Virus record (IMG/VR): IMGVR_UViG_3300005805_000065
Coordinates: 1 to 64,000 of that record
Source: a virus
Lineage: Duplodnaviria > Caudoviricetes
Strand: one strand, 5' to 3'
Length of the DNA stretch: 64,000 nt
Shown: positions 54,478-63,521 of the stretch, one piece after another
Position numbering within the stretch: the stretch's first letter is position 1
Layout of the letters: every line of letters begins with the position of its first letter
The notes under the pieces: model-generated
The model's input: the letters and a program-made list of their open reading frames with translations, nothing else
Told to the model about the DNA's origin: nothing
The model's database searches: none
Program-made: the position numbers and the translations under genes

Positions 54478-55401
54478 ATGAGTATTGTAGCAAATCCCGC
54501 TGAAGTAAGTCAGCAAGTTAGAAAGAAAGTAATTCTTACAAAACCAACAATTGAAGAAATTATTTCTACATATATTGAAGTTAATGAAAATCTTGAAAAA
54601 AATGGTAAAAGATATATGGATGAAGATGATAAAGGTATCACAAAACCATGGCTAGATATTGTAAAGGAAAATCAAAGATATCTTTCTGTTATGAGAGTAG
54701 AAGACTACGATCAGAAAAACTTTGACATGCTTATTGCTTCAATTGAATTGAATGGCAAAAAGCATTTTAATATGCAAATGTTTATTGGTATGGTTGATAA
54801 CTTACAAAGCCATTTTGAAGAAGATCTAGATAGTAGAGCCTATGGTGATAATACTACTTCTCATGGTTTACACAGTGATTGGCTGTCCCCAGTATCAGAA
54901 CAATATGCTCCATTTTATAGCACTACAAAAGCTTTCAATTGTGATACAGTTGGATGCATTGCAGGATTTGCAGTTGCAACTGCATTGGATTGGAAAGAGG
55001 ATTTGATACAAAAATCTTCAAAGTATTACAGCAATCAACAGGAATTGTTTGAAAATGTTGCTTGCAACTTTTTAAATATGCCTGTAATTATGGGTAAAAA
55101 GTTATTCTATGCAGAAGGTAATAGTTTCTGGGCAATGCTAGCTAGTAGAGCATTAGATTTTGCATCAAATTCTGATATTGCAATATTCAGAGATCTTGAT
55201 ACTGAATCATACATAGAAGAAGATTTTGATTATGATCCAGTAAATCTTGCATCCATTACTCATGAAATGGCTGCAAAAGCGTTGCAGTTAATTAAAGACG
55301 GGTCTATTGAATTGACCGATAATAATATTCCGTATCTTACATTTAATTATAGAAATAAGCTTACACAAGAAATTCCGGTAGATGCCAGAGAGGTAAACTA
55401 A
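54478..55401 (+). CDS. Hypothetical protein, paralogue A (FNM..F / C.T.GC.AG family)
   Basis: FNMQMF...FNCDTVGCIAGFAVA. Confidence 0.65.
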   Translation: MSIVANPAEVSQQVRKKVILTKPTIEEIISTYIEVNENLEKNGKRYMDEDDKGITKPWLDIVKENQRYLSVMRVEDYDQKNFDMLIASIELNGKKHFNMQMFIGMVDNLQSHFEEDLDSRAYGDNTTSHGLHSDWLSPVSEQYAPFYSTTKAFNCDTVGCIAGFAVATALDWKEDLIQKSSKYYSNQQELFENVACNFLNMPVIMGKKLFYAEGNSFWAMLASRALDFASNSDIAIFRDLDTESYIEEDFDYDPVNLASITHEMAAKALQLIKDGSIELTDNNIPYLTFNYRNKLTQEIPVDAREVN

Positions 55402-55749
55402 ATGCCATTAAAGCAACAAAAAAAGACAGAGCAAAAGAAAGATTCTAAGAGTGAGCTTGAACTTACAGTTCAATCAGCAATTAATTCACCTTATAGTCTT
55501 ATTATGCCGGTAGCAGATCAAACTGTTATTCACATCAAAAATCCAGTAACAAAGTTGATGTCTAAACTCAAAGTCGATTCGCAAGAATACTTTGAGCTTT
55601 TAGACACAATGGTTGGCTATGGTTTGATGGTAAAGCTTCATAAAGACTTTCAAGAAGTATTTCAGTATGCTCCGGCATATACGGAATCTTGGAATAAATA
55701 CAAAGCAAAAAAAGAAACAACACCAGTAAACTAACAAGAGAGAGGTTAT

Positions 55750-56598
55750 ATGAAATATACATCAAAGCAAATAGTTGAAACAGTTGGCAAAATGCTATCT
55801 ATTTCTAAAGAAATGAACAAAAATGGGGTTAATTGGTCAAGTGATAGTGAGGAAGAATACGATAGATTAAGTGCAATTATAGATGAGCAAAAAACCAATC
55901 TTTCTGAGTGTACATATAAAGATTATGACATTGCTGCCTTCAATGAGTTAATTAAAACAATTGAACACAATGGCTTAACTAACTTTAATATGAACACTTT
56001 CTTTTCAAAGATTGATCATGAAAATTATTCAGCATATTACGAGTATGTTCATGAAATACCTAGATCAGCAATGGTAAACAATATATCAGGGGAATCGCAG
56101 CTGTTTGATAAAACAACTAATAAATTCAACTGCTCTACTATTGGCTGTGTTGCAGGATTTGCAACTGCGGTGGCAATGAACTGGGAAACTCCAAAGTGGT
56201 TAGATGGTGATGCAAGAGATTATAATAGTTACTTTGAAATAATTGCATGCAGCTATTTAAACATTCCAGTATGGGTTGGCAGAAATATATTTTATGGCGA
56301 TGAAGGTTCAGTGTGGGCTTTTGCTAAATTATATAGCCATAAGCTCGGTCATGCCTATGATCATATTAAATTAGCTTCTGAGTACGAACATATTGATGAA
56401 TATGAATTTGAAGAATACTGGGACTCAGTGGAAATTGATTTAAACTCTATCAGCTATAAAGATGCAGTTAATTTGCTTTCTGACATAGCCGAAGGCAGGA
56501 TTATCTTTGGTACTGAAATTCCTTCTGGAATGATGTTAAATCCAAATCTTGTGAGTGCGAATAAAACATACGGTACAGCTTCAGGAGAGGTGGAATAA
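55750..56598 (+). CDS. Hypothetical protein, paralogue B
   Basis: FNMNTF...FNCSTIGCVAGFATA. Confidence 0.65.
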   Translation: MKYTSKQIVETVGKMLSISKEMNKNGVNWSSDSEEEYDRLSAIIDEQKTNLSECTYKDYDIAAFNELIKTIEHNGLTNFNMNTFFSKIDHENYSAYYEYVHEIPRSAMVNNISGESQLFDKTTNKFNCSTIGCVAGFATAVAMNWETPKWLDGDARDYNSYFEIIACSYLNIPVWVGRNIFYGDEGSVWAFAKLYSHKLGHAYDHIKLASEYEHIDEYEFEEYWDSVEIDLNSISYKDAVNLLSDIAEGRIIFGTEIPSGMMLNPNLVSANKTYGTASGEVE

Positions 56599-56825
56599 TG
56601 AGTAACTTAAATAAAGTAGAGCACCCATTCACAGTATCATTTAATACTACATATTTTGTAAATGGTATTGATGAAGAAGATGCATTGGCAATAGCATCGC
56701 TTGCTGCTCTTGGTATGGATCAAAAAGTGGCGATGAATGGGGAAATTGATATAAATGAAGCTGTAATAGAAAATGGACATAATTATACAATTAACCACAA
56801 TAACACAGAGGAATAGGAGATAGTT

Positions 56826-57467
56826 ATGGAAAATAAAAACAATGCAGAAACATTGCTTAAGACAGATAAAGCAATATTTTATTATGTCTGGCAAGAAATG
56901 AAAAAGCAGGGTGCAAAATCTGTTGATACATGGTTTGATGAAGAAACAGGTGAAGAAGTTCCCGGCGATGAAAACAAATACTTTGGCTGGTCATCAGATA
57001 GTAGTCACGCAGCAAGATGTGCTTTAGGATTTATTATGAATAGAGGCATTGCTGAAGACTTTGAAGTTGAAGATAAATGTGCGGCAGATGATGATGTTTT
57101 ATCAACAATCATTATGTCTAATCCCGAGTGGAATTTTACATCATCTTCAGCAAAATTAGTAATGCTACTTCAATTAATTCATGATAACTATCCTATTGAA
57201 TCTTGGGACAAAGCGTTTGAATTGTATCAAAAAGACTTTGATGAAAATGGTAGATTTACCGGTCTGGATGATATTGAATATGTTTCAGATGATAGCTTAA
57301 AAGAAATTAACATTGGTGAGCGTACGATTACTTTTAATTCAGCTAGGGGTTGTTCAGTAAAAGATGCGCTTCGATATAAGTTTGAAAATTATTCTGTTAA
57401 TATTAATAAAACAGAAAATGAAGTGTTGAAAGATGTAGTTCGTGAAAAACAAAGTGAGATGGTATGA
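56826..57467 (+). CDS. Hypothetical protein (QG.KS...CALG family)
   Basis: KQGAKS...RCALGFIM...LLQLIHD. Confidence 0.55.
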   Translation: MENKNNAETLLKTDKAIFYYVWQEMKKQGAKSVDTWFDEETGEEVPGDENKYFGWSSDSSHAARCALGFIMNRGIAEDFEVEDKCAADDDVLSTIIMSNPEWNFTSSSAKLVMLLQLIHDNYPIESWDKAFELYQKDFDENGRFTGLDDIEYVSDDSLKEINIGERTITFNSARGCSVKDALRYKFENYSVNINKTENEVLKDVVREKQSEMV

Positions 57468-59930
57468 GTGAAGAAAGTATCAAATCAATTAATATTGATA
57501 AAGTAACAGTAATGATCAATACTGACACTGATGAAATTTATGTCAGTAGATGTATTGAATGTGAAAAACTACTGACTGCTGATGAAGCAAGTTATGGACA
57601 CGACTGTGAGTAAAAAAGAAATAGATTTTGAATCTATTTATAAAAAACATATTTATTACTCCGTAGATAAAGAAGAACATTGGTTGATCGATCAATTCAA
57701 AGTATTTGGTGATCCAACATTTTATGGCGCTTTATCTGAAGGGTGGACTTGTGCTGAATATTTTAGCACTGGTAATAAACATTCATATGTATGCACTATT
57801 GCTCATGATGAAACTGAGTTATCAGTAGATGTTTATTCAGATGGTGCAATGAAATATGTTCATTATAGAGATAAATATATCATTAGAAATGCAAATGATA
57901 TGTTTACATATGGATTCAATACACAGGAAGCTTTTAGTAAAGCTGTTGAAGATGAAAAACTTATTATTGAAAATAATTCGTGGTTCGATCTTTATAGCAG
58001 TTGGAATCAATGGTCTGGTGATAGTGAAGAATTTATAAGTCATGATTTATTTGATGCAATACCGAATGCAGCAGAAGTTTTAGTAAATCAGGTCAAGCAT
58101 CTTTATAATATTATAGCAACAGAAAATAACAATATGACACTAAAGAAGGCATCATGGTAGATACACACATTCCAGCTTATGTTAGAGTAAATGTTACATA
58201 TAAATTTGTATATCCAACTCATGACATAACACTCAATTGGAAAGACTTAGAAGATGAGTTTCTATTAAAAAAAGTTAAAGAGATGATTCTCGAGTTTTTA
58301 TTTGAAGACTTATCTTCTAATGAAGATGGAACAATTGAATGGTTTGATGATGATACAAATGAACCACTTGGCTGGGGACCGGTATGAAAAGAAATACACA
58401 GGGTGTCTTATTTATAATTGGGGTAGCACTATACCTCGTATTTATGACAGCTTTTGTTGGATCTTGTATTGGAAGTAATTTATGAAAAGATGTTTTAAAA
58501 ATGAAGAAGATTTAGTATTAGAGCTAATAAAAGCTCTCGAAGCCCAATATGATTATATGATATCCCCAGAAGATGAACAAATGTATAAAGAATGGTTAGA
58601 TTGGTTAAGAAATAAATACGATAATATTTAAGGAGACACAATGGAAATGAAATATAATGATTGGTTGGAGAAATATCAACCAATTCCACACCCGGATTCT
58701 AAAGATGGTCATATTTATTATGAAACATTTGGAGAAGATTACGAAATGGTAAAGAAAGCAAATCGTAACAATGTTTGGACACTTGTTCAGGCTGATGAAG
58801 ATTTGATCATTATTAATCATTTTGCCTGGGTAAATAGAATTAATTATTTAATAACAGAAGTTCCGTATAATCCAGATGAACACATTGAGGTTGTAGACTA
58901 ATGAACATTAACAATACGATAAGCAAAATAAAAGAAGCAAGAAAAGATGCTCTGAAGGAAAGAAGATATGCAGAAGCTGATGGTAACTCAGATTATGCTT
59001 TTTGGGATGGTTATATCAGTGGTATGGATCAAGCAATCTTTCTTCTTGAACAAAAAGTAGAAAAGAAAAAAGCTAAGAAAGAAAACAAAAAAGAGAAAAA
59101 ATAGTACTAATATTAACTATAAATTATCACAAGGACAATAATGACAAATATCGAACAATTAGAGGAGAAATTAAATTATGTTCACTGCGTTTTTCAAGAG
59201 CTGGAAACTATGGCTATTAATCTTCCTATCGGGGATTATAACCTTTGCTATAGTTATTTGGAGGAGGCTCGAGAATACATTAGATTACTTATTGAACAAA
59301 GAAGACGAGAGAATCCTGAAGGATATACTTTCATCACAAAAGAAGGATTTGTAACATGGGAATAAAAGAATTTGATATGCCCGGAGGTGGCAAAATTATA
59401 CGATTACTAAGCCCGGAACTAGAGAAAAAGATGGCTGAAAAGGAAAAGTATTATACTGTTTCTTTCTCAGATGATTATGCAACCCTACAAACAACGGTGG
59501 CTGCATTTGATGAAGATGAGGCAATTGATAAAGCAATTGAACAGATATCGGATTACTATGATCTTGATATAACTACATGGAAATGTGATGATGTGGAGGA
59601 AACAAATGGGTAAAGGTATGAAAAGATTCTTGGTATCGGCATATTATTCTGACTGGATTATTGCCGGCTCTGAAGATGAAGCAATTGATGAATTAGCTCA
59701 TAGAATCGCGGCGGGGTTAATTAAAAGGCATGAATGGGGATTAGAACTACAGGAAGATGATGAGCAATATGAGTGAACAAAGAGAAAGCCGGGTATGGAC
59801 TAGATACTGCGATCAAGGATGTGGATATAAGCTGCCAGAAGAATACGCTGAAGATGAAACAACTTGCGGGGCTTGTCTAAATGAATTGTTATTCCTAGAA
59901 GAATAGATAAAGGATTGTATCTTCAGTTAA

Positions 59931-59984
59931 GGTATACGCTACCAAATGGGTATACGTAACCAAATGGGTATACGCTACCAAATA
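59931..59984 (+). repeat. Three 18-bp direct repeats GGTATACG(CT/TA)ACCAAAT(G/A) (iteron-like)
   Basis: Copies at 59931, 59949 and 59967. Confidence 0.95.
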
Positions 59985-60039
59985 GTAAGAGACGAGAGCT
60001 CAACTCTCAACATAAATATTAAAATAGATGGGAGTACAT

Positions 60040-60055
60040 TGTTCCACGTGGAACA
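60040..60055. promoter_or_regulatory. parS-type palindrome TGTTCCACGTGGAACA
   Basis: Perfect 16-bp palindrome conforming to the bacterial parS consensus; intergenic. Confidence 0.75.
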
Positions 60056-60073
60056 TTCCCAGCTAAAAGCAAA

Positions 60074-60101
60074 GGAATATGCTTAAATATAGGCATATTC
60101 C
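60074..60101. repeat. Inverted repeat GGAATATGC-N10-GCATATTCC
   Basis: Perfect 9-bp arms. Confidence 0.8.
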
Positions 60102-60128
60102 CAAAAAAATTTGTCTAAAATGGCATAT

Positions 60129-60216
60129 AAAAATAAATAAAAATAGGTAAAAACATAGTAAAAAGTGGTAAAAAGTGGGGAAAAGTAGGGAAAAATGGGG
60201 CAAAAGATAGTAAAAA
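60129..60216 (+). other. Nine helically phased A4-5 tracts (curved DNA)
   Basis: Tracts start at 60129, 139, 149, 160, 170, 181, 191, 202 and 212; mean period 10.4 bp. Confidence 0.85.
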
Positions 60217-60254
60217 GTGTGCGATTGTGAAATGCTCATATCTTGAGACCCTAT

Positions 60255-60277
60255 ATTACCCCCTCTATAGGGGTAAT
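60255..60277. repeat. Inverted repeat ATTACCCC-N7-GGGGTAAT
   Basis: Perfect 8-bp arms. Confidence 0.75.
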
Positions 60278-60730
60278 TGGCATAAATTTAAAAGAATATA
60301 CTGATAGAAACAAATAAACCCCGATTTTTTCATTGCCCTTACTATCGACCTTTTAATCGAGAGAAGTCTCGAGGATTTTTAGTACAGTTCAAACGACTAA
60401 TCAACCAATTTTAATATGCAGAGAAAGCCGGATTGATTACAACGTTGTTATTACCGACTTTATAATGTCGGGGTAGATCAATGGATCTATATCGTCTTTG
60501 GTATAGGAATAAATAGAGCCGACTACCCAGCCATTGGCACACAAGGGTGGTCCCTAAAAAAAATTTGCCTGCATCCGCATAGGCAAAACTAAATACAATT
60601 TGAAACAGATATGTAGATATATAGTTATGATTAGGAATATAGATTAAAGTAAAGGAAAAAAGAAATAAAAATAAATTGGTGTACAAATAAGAATACATTC
60701 TTATTCGGAACACCAACTCAAAGGTTTAGT

Positions 60731-60812
60731 TTGAAAATATGTAATCAAGTTAGGTAAATACAAATGCAAAACAATTGGTGGTCAAGCAGCGCTTAGCTGC
60801 TAAGACCACCAA
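60731..60812. promoter_or_regulatory. Promoter-less operator + inverted-polarity hairpin module 0
   Basis: TTGAAAATATGTAATCAA (60731-48), then hairpin 60775-60812 with TAAGC loop on the minus strand. Confidence 0.7.
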
Positions 60813-60814
60813 CG

Positions 60815-60842
60815 AAAATGCGTGCGCCTTTCGGCGCACGCA
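60815..60842 (-). terminator. Cassette 1 terminator
   Basis: 10-bp GC stem, GAAA loop on the minus strand, T4. Confidence 0.8.
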
Positions 60843-60868
60843 CTCCGTGTGAACGGCATTGCCATTGG

Positions 60869-61150
60869 TTATTTGGCTAGCGAAACCACACACTCACCGT
60901 CAGTAGTCCATTGAATGGACACTTCCAATGAGTGCTGGCTTGCCATTGAAACAACACGATTGCGCACTTTGTTTTTGTGTGCAATGTAGTTGTCGTCTTC
61001 GGGATTGCCTTGTCCGGCTTCGTAGATGAATGCGTCATCTTCTACGCCAGCGTCAAGTGCGAGCAGTTCGGCTTCCAGGATTGGGTCCTGGAATGCGTCA
61101 CGACCACGCTTGACTAGTCGGGATTGGATATCGCTCAGGTTCACTTTCAT
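60869..61150 (-). CDS. Cassette 1 gene, paralogue family KVNL..IQSRLVKRGRDA (copy 1)
   Basis: SD GAAAGG; 93 aa; obvious similarity to copies 2 and 3. Confidence 0.85.
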   Translation of the reverse strand: MKVNLSDIQSRLVKRGRDAFQDPILEAELLALDAGVEDDAFIYEAGQGNPEDDNYIAHKNKVRNRVVSMASQHSLEVSIQWTTDGECVVSLAK

Positions 61151-61197
61151 AGTGCGCCTGCCTTTCTTTGTGATTGGGCAACCCGTTCACGAAGAAC

Positions 61198-61294
61198 ACA
61201 CTACCTAGACATTGAGAATGTGTATTCAACAGACTATGCCTATGCATCTAGTGAACGGGCGTGCAACGCAGCTAGGCGCTGGCTCGCACTCCCG
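61198..61294 (-). promoter_or_regulatory. Cassette 1 promoter/operator + hairpin
   Basis: -10 TAGTGT (61198-203), operator 61212-29, hairpin 61256-94 (loop TAGGC on +). Confidence 0.85.
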
Positions 61295-61308
61295 CCAGGT
61301 AAAAGAAT

Positions 61309-61392
61309 TAGAAAATGTATATTAAAAGTGAGACACATAGCGATCCCTAAAGGCTGGCGGTCAAGCAGCGTATAGCTGCTAAGAACGCCAGC
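61309..61392. promoter_or_regulatory. Promoter-less degenerate operator + inverted hairpin
   Basis: TAGAAAATGTATATTAAA (14/18 match to the cassette 1 operator), hairpin 61353-92 with TATAC loop on -. Confidence 0.7.
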
Positions 61393-61395
61393 GAG

Positions 61396-61423
61396 AAACG
61401 CCCCGCCCTTGCGGGGCGGGGCG
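61396..61423 (-). terminator. Cassette 2 terminator
   Basis: GC stem, GCAA loop on -, short U tract. Confidence 0.75.
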
Positions 61424-61439
61424 CTCTCACTTGCGGGGA

Positions 61440-61742
61440 TTACTTGCGAAACGAAACGACCATTTCGCCAGCGTCAGTCCATTGGACGCTGATTTCCACC
61501 TCGTCCCCGAGGTGGCGAGTGGCGAGGGAGTTGACACGATTCCGCCAAGTGTTCTTGTGGTTCGTGTACTCCTCGTTGGTGCTGACGCACTCACCCTCGA
61601 ATGTCGCCTCCTCGAAGAGGAATGCGTCATCAGGGGTGCTCGGGTCAAGGGCGAGCAATTCCGCTACGAGTTCAGGGTTCTCGTATGCGTCACGCCCACG
61701 CTTGACCAAGCGGGACTGAATCTGTTTCAGGTTGACCTTCAT
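61440..61742 (-). CDS. Cassette 2 gene, paralogue copy 2
   Basis: SD AAGGAG 7 nt before ATG 61742 (MKVNLKQIQSRLVKRGRDA); 100 aa. Confidence 0.85.
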   Translation of the reverse strand: MKVNLKQIQSRLVKRGRDAYENPELVAELLALDPSTPDDAFLFEEATFEGECVSTNEEYTNHKNTWRNRVNSLATRHLGDEVEISVQWTDAGEMVVSFRK

Positions 61743-61797
61743 TTCATTTCTCCTTGTTGCGAGGTGATAGGGAATTGCGTCCTCGTCAACACTCAAC

Positions 61798-61895
61798 ACA
61801 CTAACTAGGTAATGAGAATGTGTACTCAACTAACTATGTCTATGGCAACGCAACGCCGGTCGTGCAATGTAGCTATGCGCTACTATGCCCGCCCG
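61798..61895 (-). promoter_or_regulatory. Cassette 2 promoter/operator + hairpin
   Basis: -10 TAGTGT, operator 61812-29, hairpin 61857-95 (loop TATGC). Confidence 0.85.
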
Positions 61896-61910
61896 CCGGG
61901 GTAAGGTAAT

Positions 61911-61993
61911 TAGAAAATGTGTATTAAAGAGAATGTGAAAGCGATCTCACTGCGGCTGGCGGTCAAGAGCGAATAGCTCGACAGAACGCCAGC
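61911..61993. promoter_or_regulatory. Promoter-less degenerate operator + inverted hairpin
   Basis: TAGAAAATGTGTATTAAA, hairpin 61955-93 with TATTC loop on -. Confidence 0.7.
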
Positions 61994-61996
61994 GAG

Positions 61997-62025
61997 AAAC
62001 GCCCCGACCCTTTCGGGTCGGGGCG
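61997..62025 (-). terminator. Cassette 3 terminator
   Basis: CGCCCCGACCC/GGGTCGGGGCG, GAAA loop on -. Confidence 0.8.
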
Positions 62026-62048
62026 CTTTCGGGGAGTAGGCGTGGTGG

Positions 62049-62345
62049 TTACGCCTTGTATGACACCACCATCTCGCCATCCACTGTCCACTGGATGGAG
62101 AGTGAGCCATCGGGGATACCGATGCTCGATGCGACCGACTTGACACGGTTGCGCCACAAGTTCTTGTGGTTCACGTACTCGTCGCTGTCGGTGTCACCTG
62201 CGAACGTCGCTTCCTCAAAGAGGAAGGCATCGTCGTTCTCAGGGCTGAGCGCAGTCAGTTCTGCGCTCAACTGCTCGTTCTCGTAGGCATCACGCCCACG
62301 CTTCACGAGCCTGCTTTGGATGTCTTTCAGGTTTACCTTTGCCAT
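62049..62345 (-). CDS. Cassette 3 gene, paralogue copy 3
   Basis: SD AAAGGAG before ATG 62345 (MAKVNLKDIQSRLVKRGRDA); 98 aa. Confidence 0.85.
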   Translation of the reverse strand: MAKVNLKDIQSRLVKRGRDAYENEQLSAELTALSPENDDAFLFEEATFAGDTDSDEYVNHKNLWRNRVKSVASSIGIPDGSLSIQWTVDGEMVVSYKA

Positions 62346-62397
62346 TGGGATGGCTCCTTTATGGGTGTCGCACGATACCTTCGTGCTGACATCCATC

Positions 62398-62494
62398 ACA
62401 CTACTTAGGCATTGAGAAAGTGTATTCAACTTAGTATGCGTATGCTACGAGAGAACTGGCGTGCAAGCGGAGCTAAGCGCTCCTCGCCCACCAG
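62398..62494 (-). promoter_or_regulatory. Cassette 3 promoter/operator + hairpin
   Basis: -10 TAGTGT, operator 62412-29, hairpin 62456-94 (loop TAAGC). Confidence 0.85.
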
Positions 62495-62498
62495 CCGC

Positions 62499-62537
62499 AA
62501 GACAAAAAGAAAAGGGGTGAGCCTTTCGGCTCACCCC
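62499..62537 (-). terminator. Cassette 4 terminator
   Basis: GGGGTGAGCC/GGCTCACCCC, GAAA loop, long U tract on -. Confidence 0.9.
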
Positions 62538-62544
62538 AGGTCTT

Positions 62545-62859
62545 TCACCTACGCCTGCGCTCTCGTTGGAGCCTGCGTATGGCTGGTTTGGTGTTGTCGA
62601 GGTAGATACCCCATTCAGTACCTTCTCGACGGTATCGCACGGCGTAGTCGCGAACCCTCACACACTTGCTGTCCTTGCGTGCCAACACGTGCTTTGCCGT
62701 GGTGAACACTTTGGTGAACATCACGGCTGTCTCGCTGTCCGAGACAGTCAGAAGTTTCACCATTGTGGGACGACGCTTGAGCCTGAGCACTCCGAACGCC
62801 TTTCGGAGCCGAGCGAGAGCCCAGTATCCGTATTCGTCTGCCAATGTCATTGTTGCCAT
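62545..62859 (-). CDS. Cassette 4 gene, basic hypothetical protein
   Basis: SD GAAAGG; 104 aa lying between promoter and terminator. Confidence 0.75.
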   Translation of the reverse strand: MATMTLADEYGYWALARLRKAFGVLRLKRRPTMVKLLTVSDSETAVMFTKVFTTAKHVLARKDSKCVRVRDYAVRYRREGTEWGIYLDNTKPAIRRLQRERRRR

Positions 62860-62909
62860 TGTTGCCTTTCTCGCAACCGTTGTCTGAACGGTTGCCGTTG
62901 TTGATTAGT

Positions 62910-63008
62910 ACACTAACTAGGCATTGAGAATGTGTACTCAACTATGGAGAGTGTATCTACCGTGTGTGCGGGCGTGCAACCTAGCTAAGCGCTCGATCGC
63001 CCACCCGC
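62910..63008 (-). promoter_or_regulatory. Cassette 4 promoter/operator + hairpin
   Basis: -10 62910-15, operator 62924-41, hairpin 62968-63008 (loop TAAGC). Confidence 0.85.
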
Positions 63009-63011
63009 CCT

Positions 63012-63051
63012 AAGACAAAAAAAGAGGGCGAGGGGCTTGCGCCCCTCGCCC
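63012..63051 (-). terminator. Cassette 5 terminator
   Basis: 11-bp GC stem, GCAA loop, U7 tract on -. Confidence 0.9.
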
Positions 63052-63057
63052 GACTTC

Positions 63058-63300
63058 TTATTCCTCTTCGGCTTCCATTGCGTCAGCCATTACCTGCCAG
63101 CACTCAGCGCCGATTCCTGAGATGAGAACCTCACGGTCGTCGAGGCTCAGGAATGGGAGAGCGTCCTGAATCAGGTACTCTCCACTCTGCCATTGGGAGA
63201 GCCCGACCATTGTTGCGATGAACAACTCGTCGGGGACAGTCACCGTGTGGTTAGCACCACAGATGACGCACTCCTTGTTGTTGGTGATTGTTGCGGACAT
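63058..63300 (-). CDS. Cassette 5 gene, small Cys-containing protein
   Basis: MSATITNNKECVICG...LIQDALPFLSLDDREVLISG..ECW; purine-rich SD. Confidence 0.8.
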   Translation of the reverse strand: MSATITNNKECVICGANHTVTVPDELFIATMVGLSQWQSGEYLIQDALPFLSLDDREVLISGIGAECWQVMADAMEAEEE

Positions 63301-63350
63301 TGCTTTCCCTTCCGCAGTTGGTATCGGACCAACTGCTGTTGTTGAGAAGA

Positions 63351-63448
63351 ACACTACATAGGCATTGAGAATGTGTACTCAACTATGGAGACTGTGTGTA
63401 TCGTGTGAGTGGGCGTTCGCGAAGCTAGGCGCTTAGCCGCCCGCCCAC
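63351..63448 (-). promoter_or_regulatory. Cassette 5 promoter/operator + hairpin
   Basis: -10 63351-56, operator 63365-82, hairpin 63409-48 (loop TAGGC). Confidence 0.85.
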
Positions 63449-63450
63449 CA

Positions 63451-63493
63451 AAGACAAAAAAAGAGGGGAGCCGAGGCTTTCGCCTCGGCTCCC
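63451..63493 (-). terminator. Cassette 6 terminator
   Basis: 12-bp GC stem, GAAA loop, U7 tract on -. Confidence 0.9.
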
Positions 63494-63521
63494 ACTCCGT
63501 CAGGGCAAGCGTCGGATTGGA

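Larger units (their letters stand above)
37950..59906 (+). other. Accessory region: ~50 tightly packed, co-oriented small hypothetical ORFs
   Basis: Contiguous + strand ORFs in the track with strong SDs (AAGGAG, often after CAA runs) and overlapping start/stop codons. Confidence 0.85.

Noticed and set aside
60411-60716. 101-aa minus-strand ORF in the non-coding hub
   Set aside because: Low-complexity F/L/Y composition from an A-rich opposite strand; no SD or homologous motif
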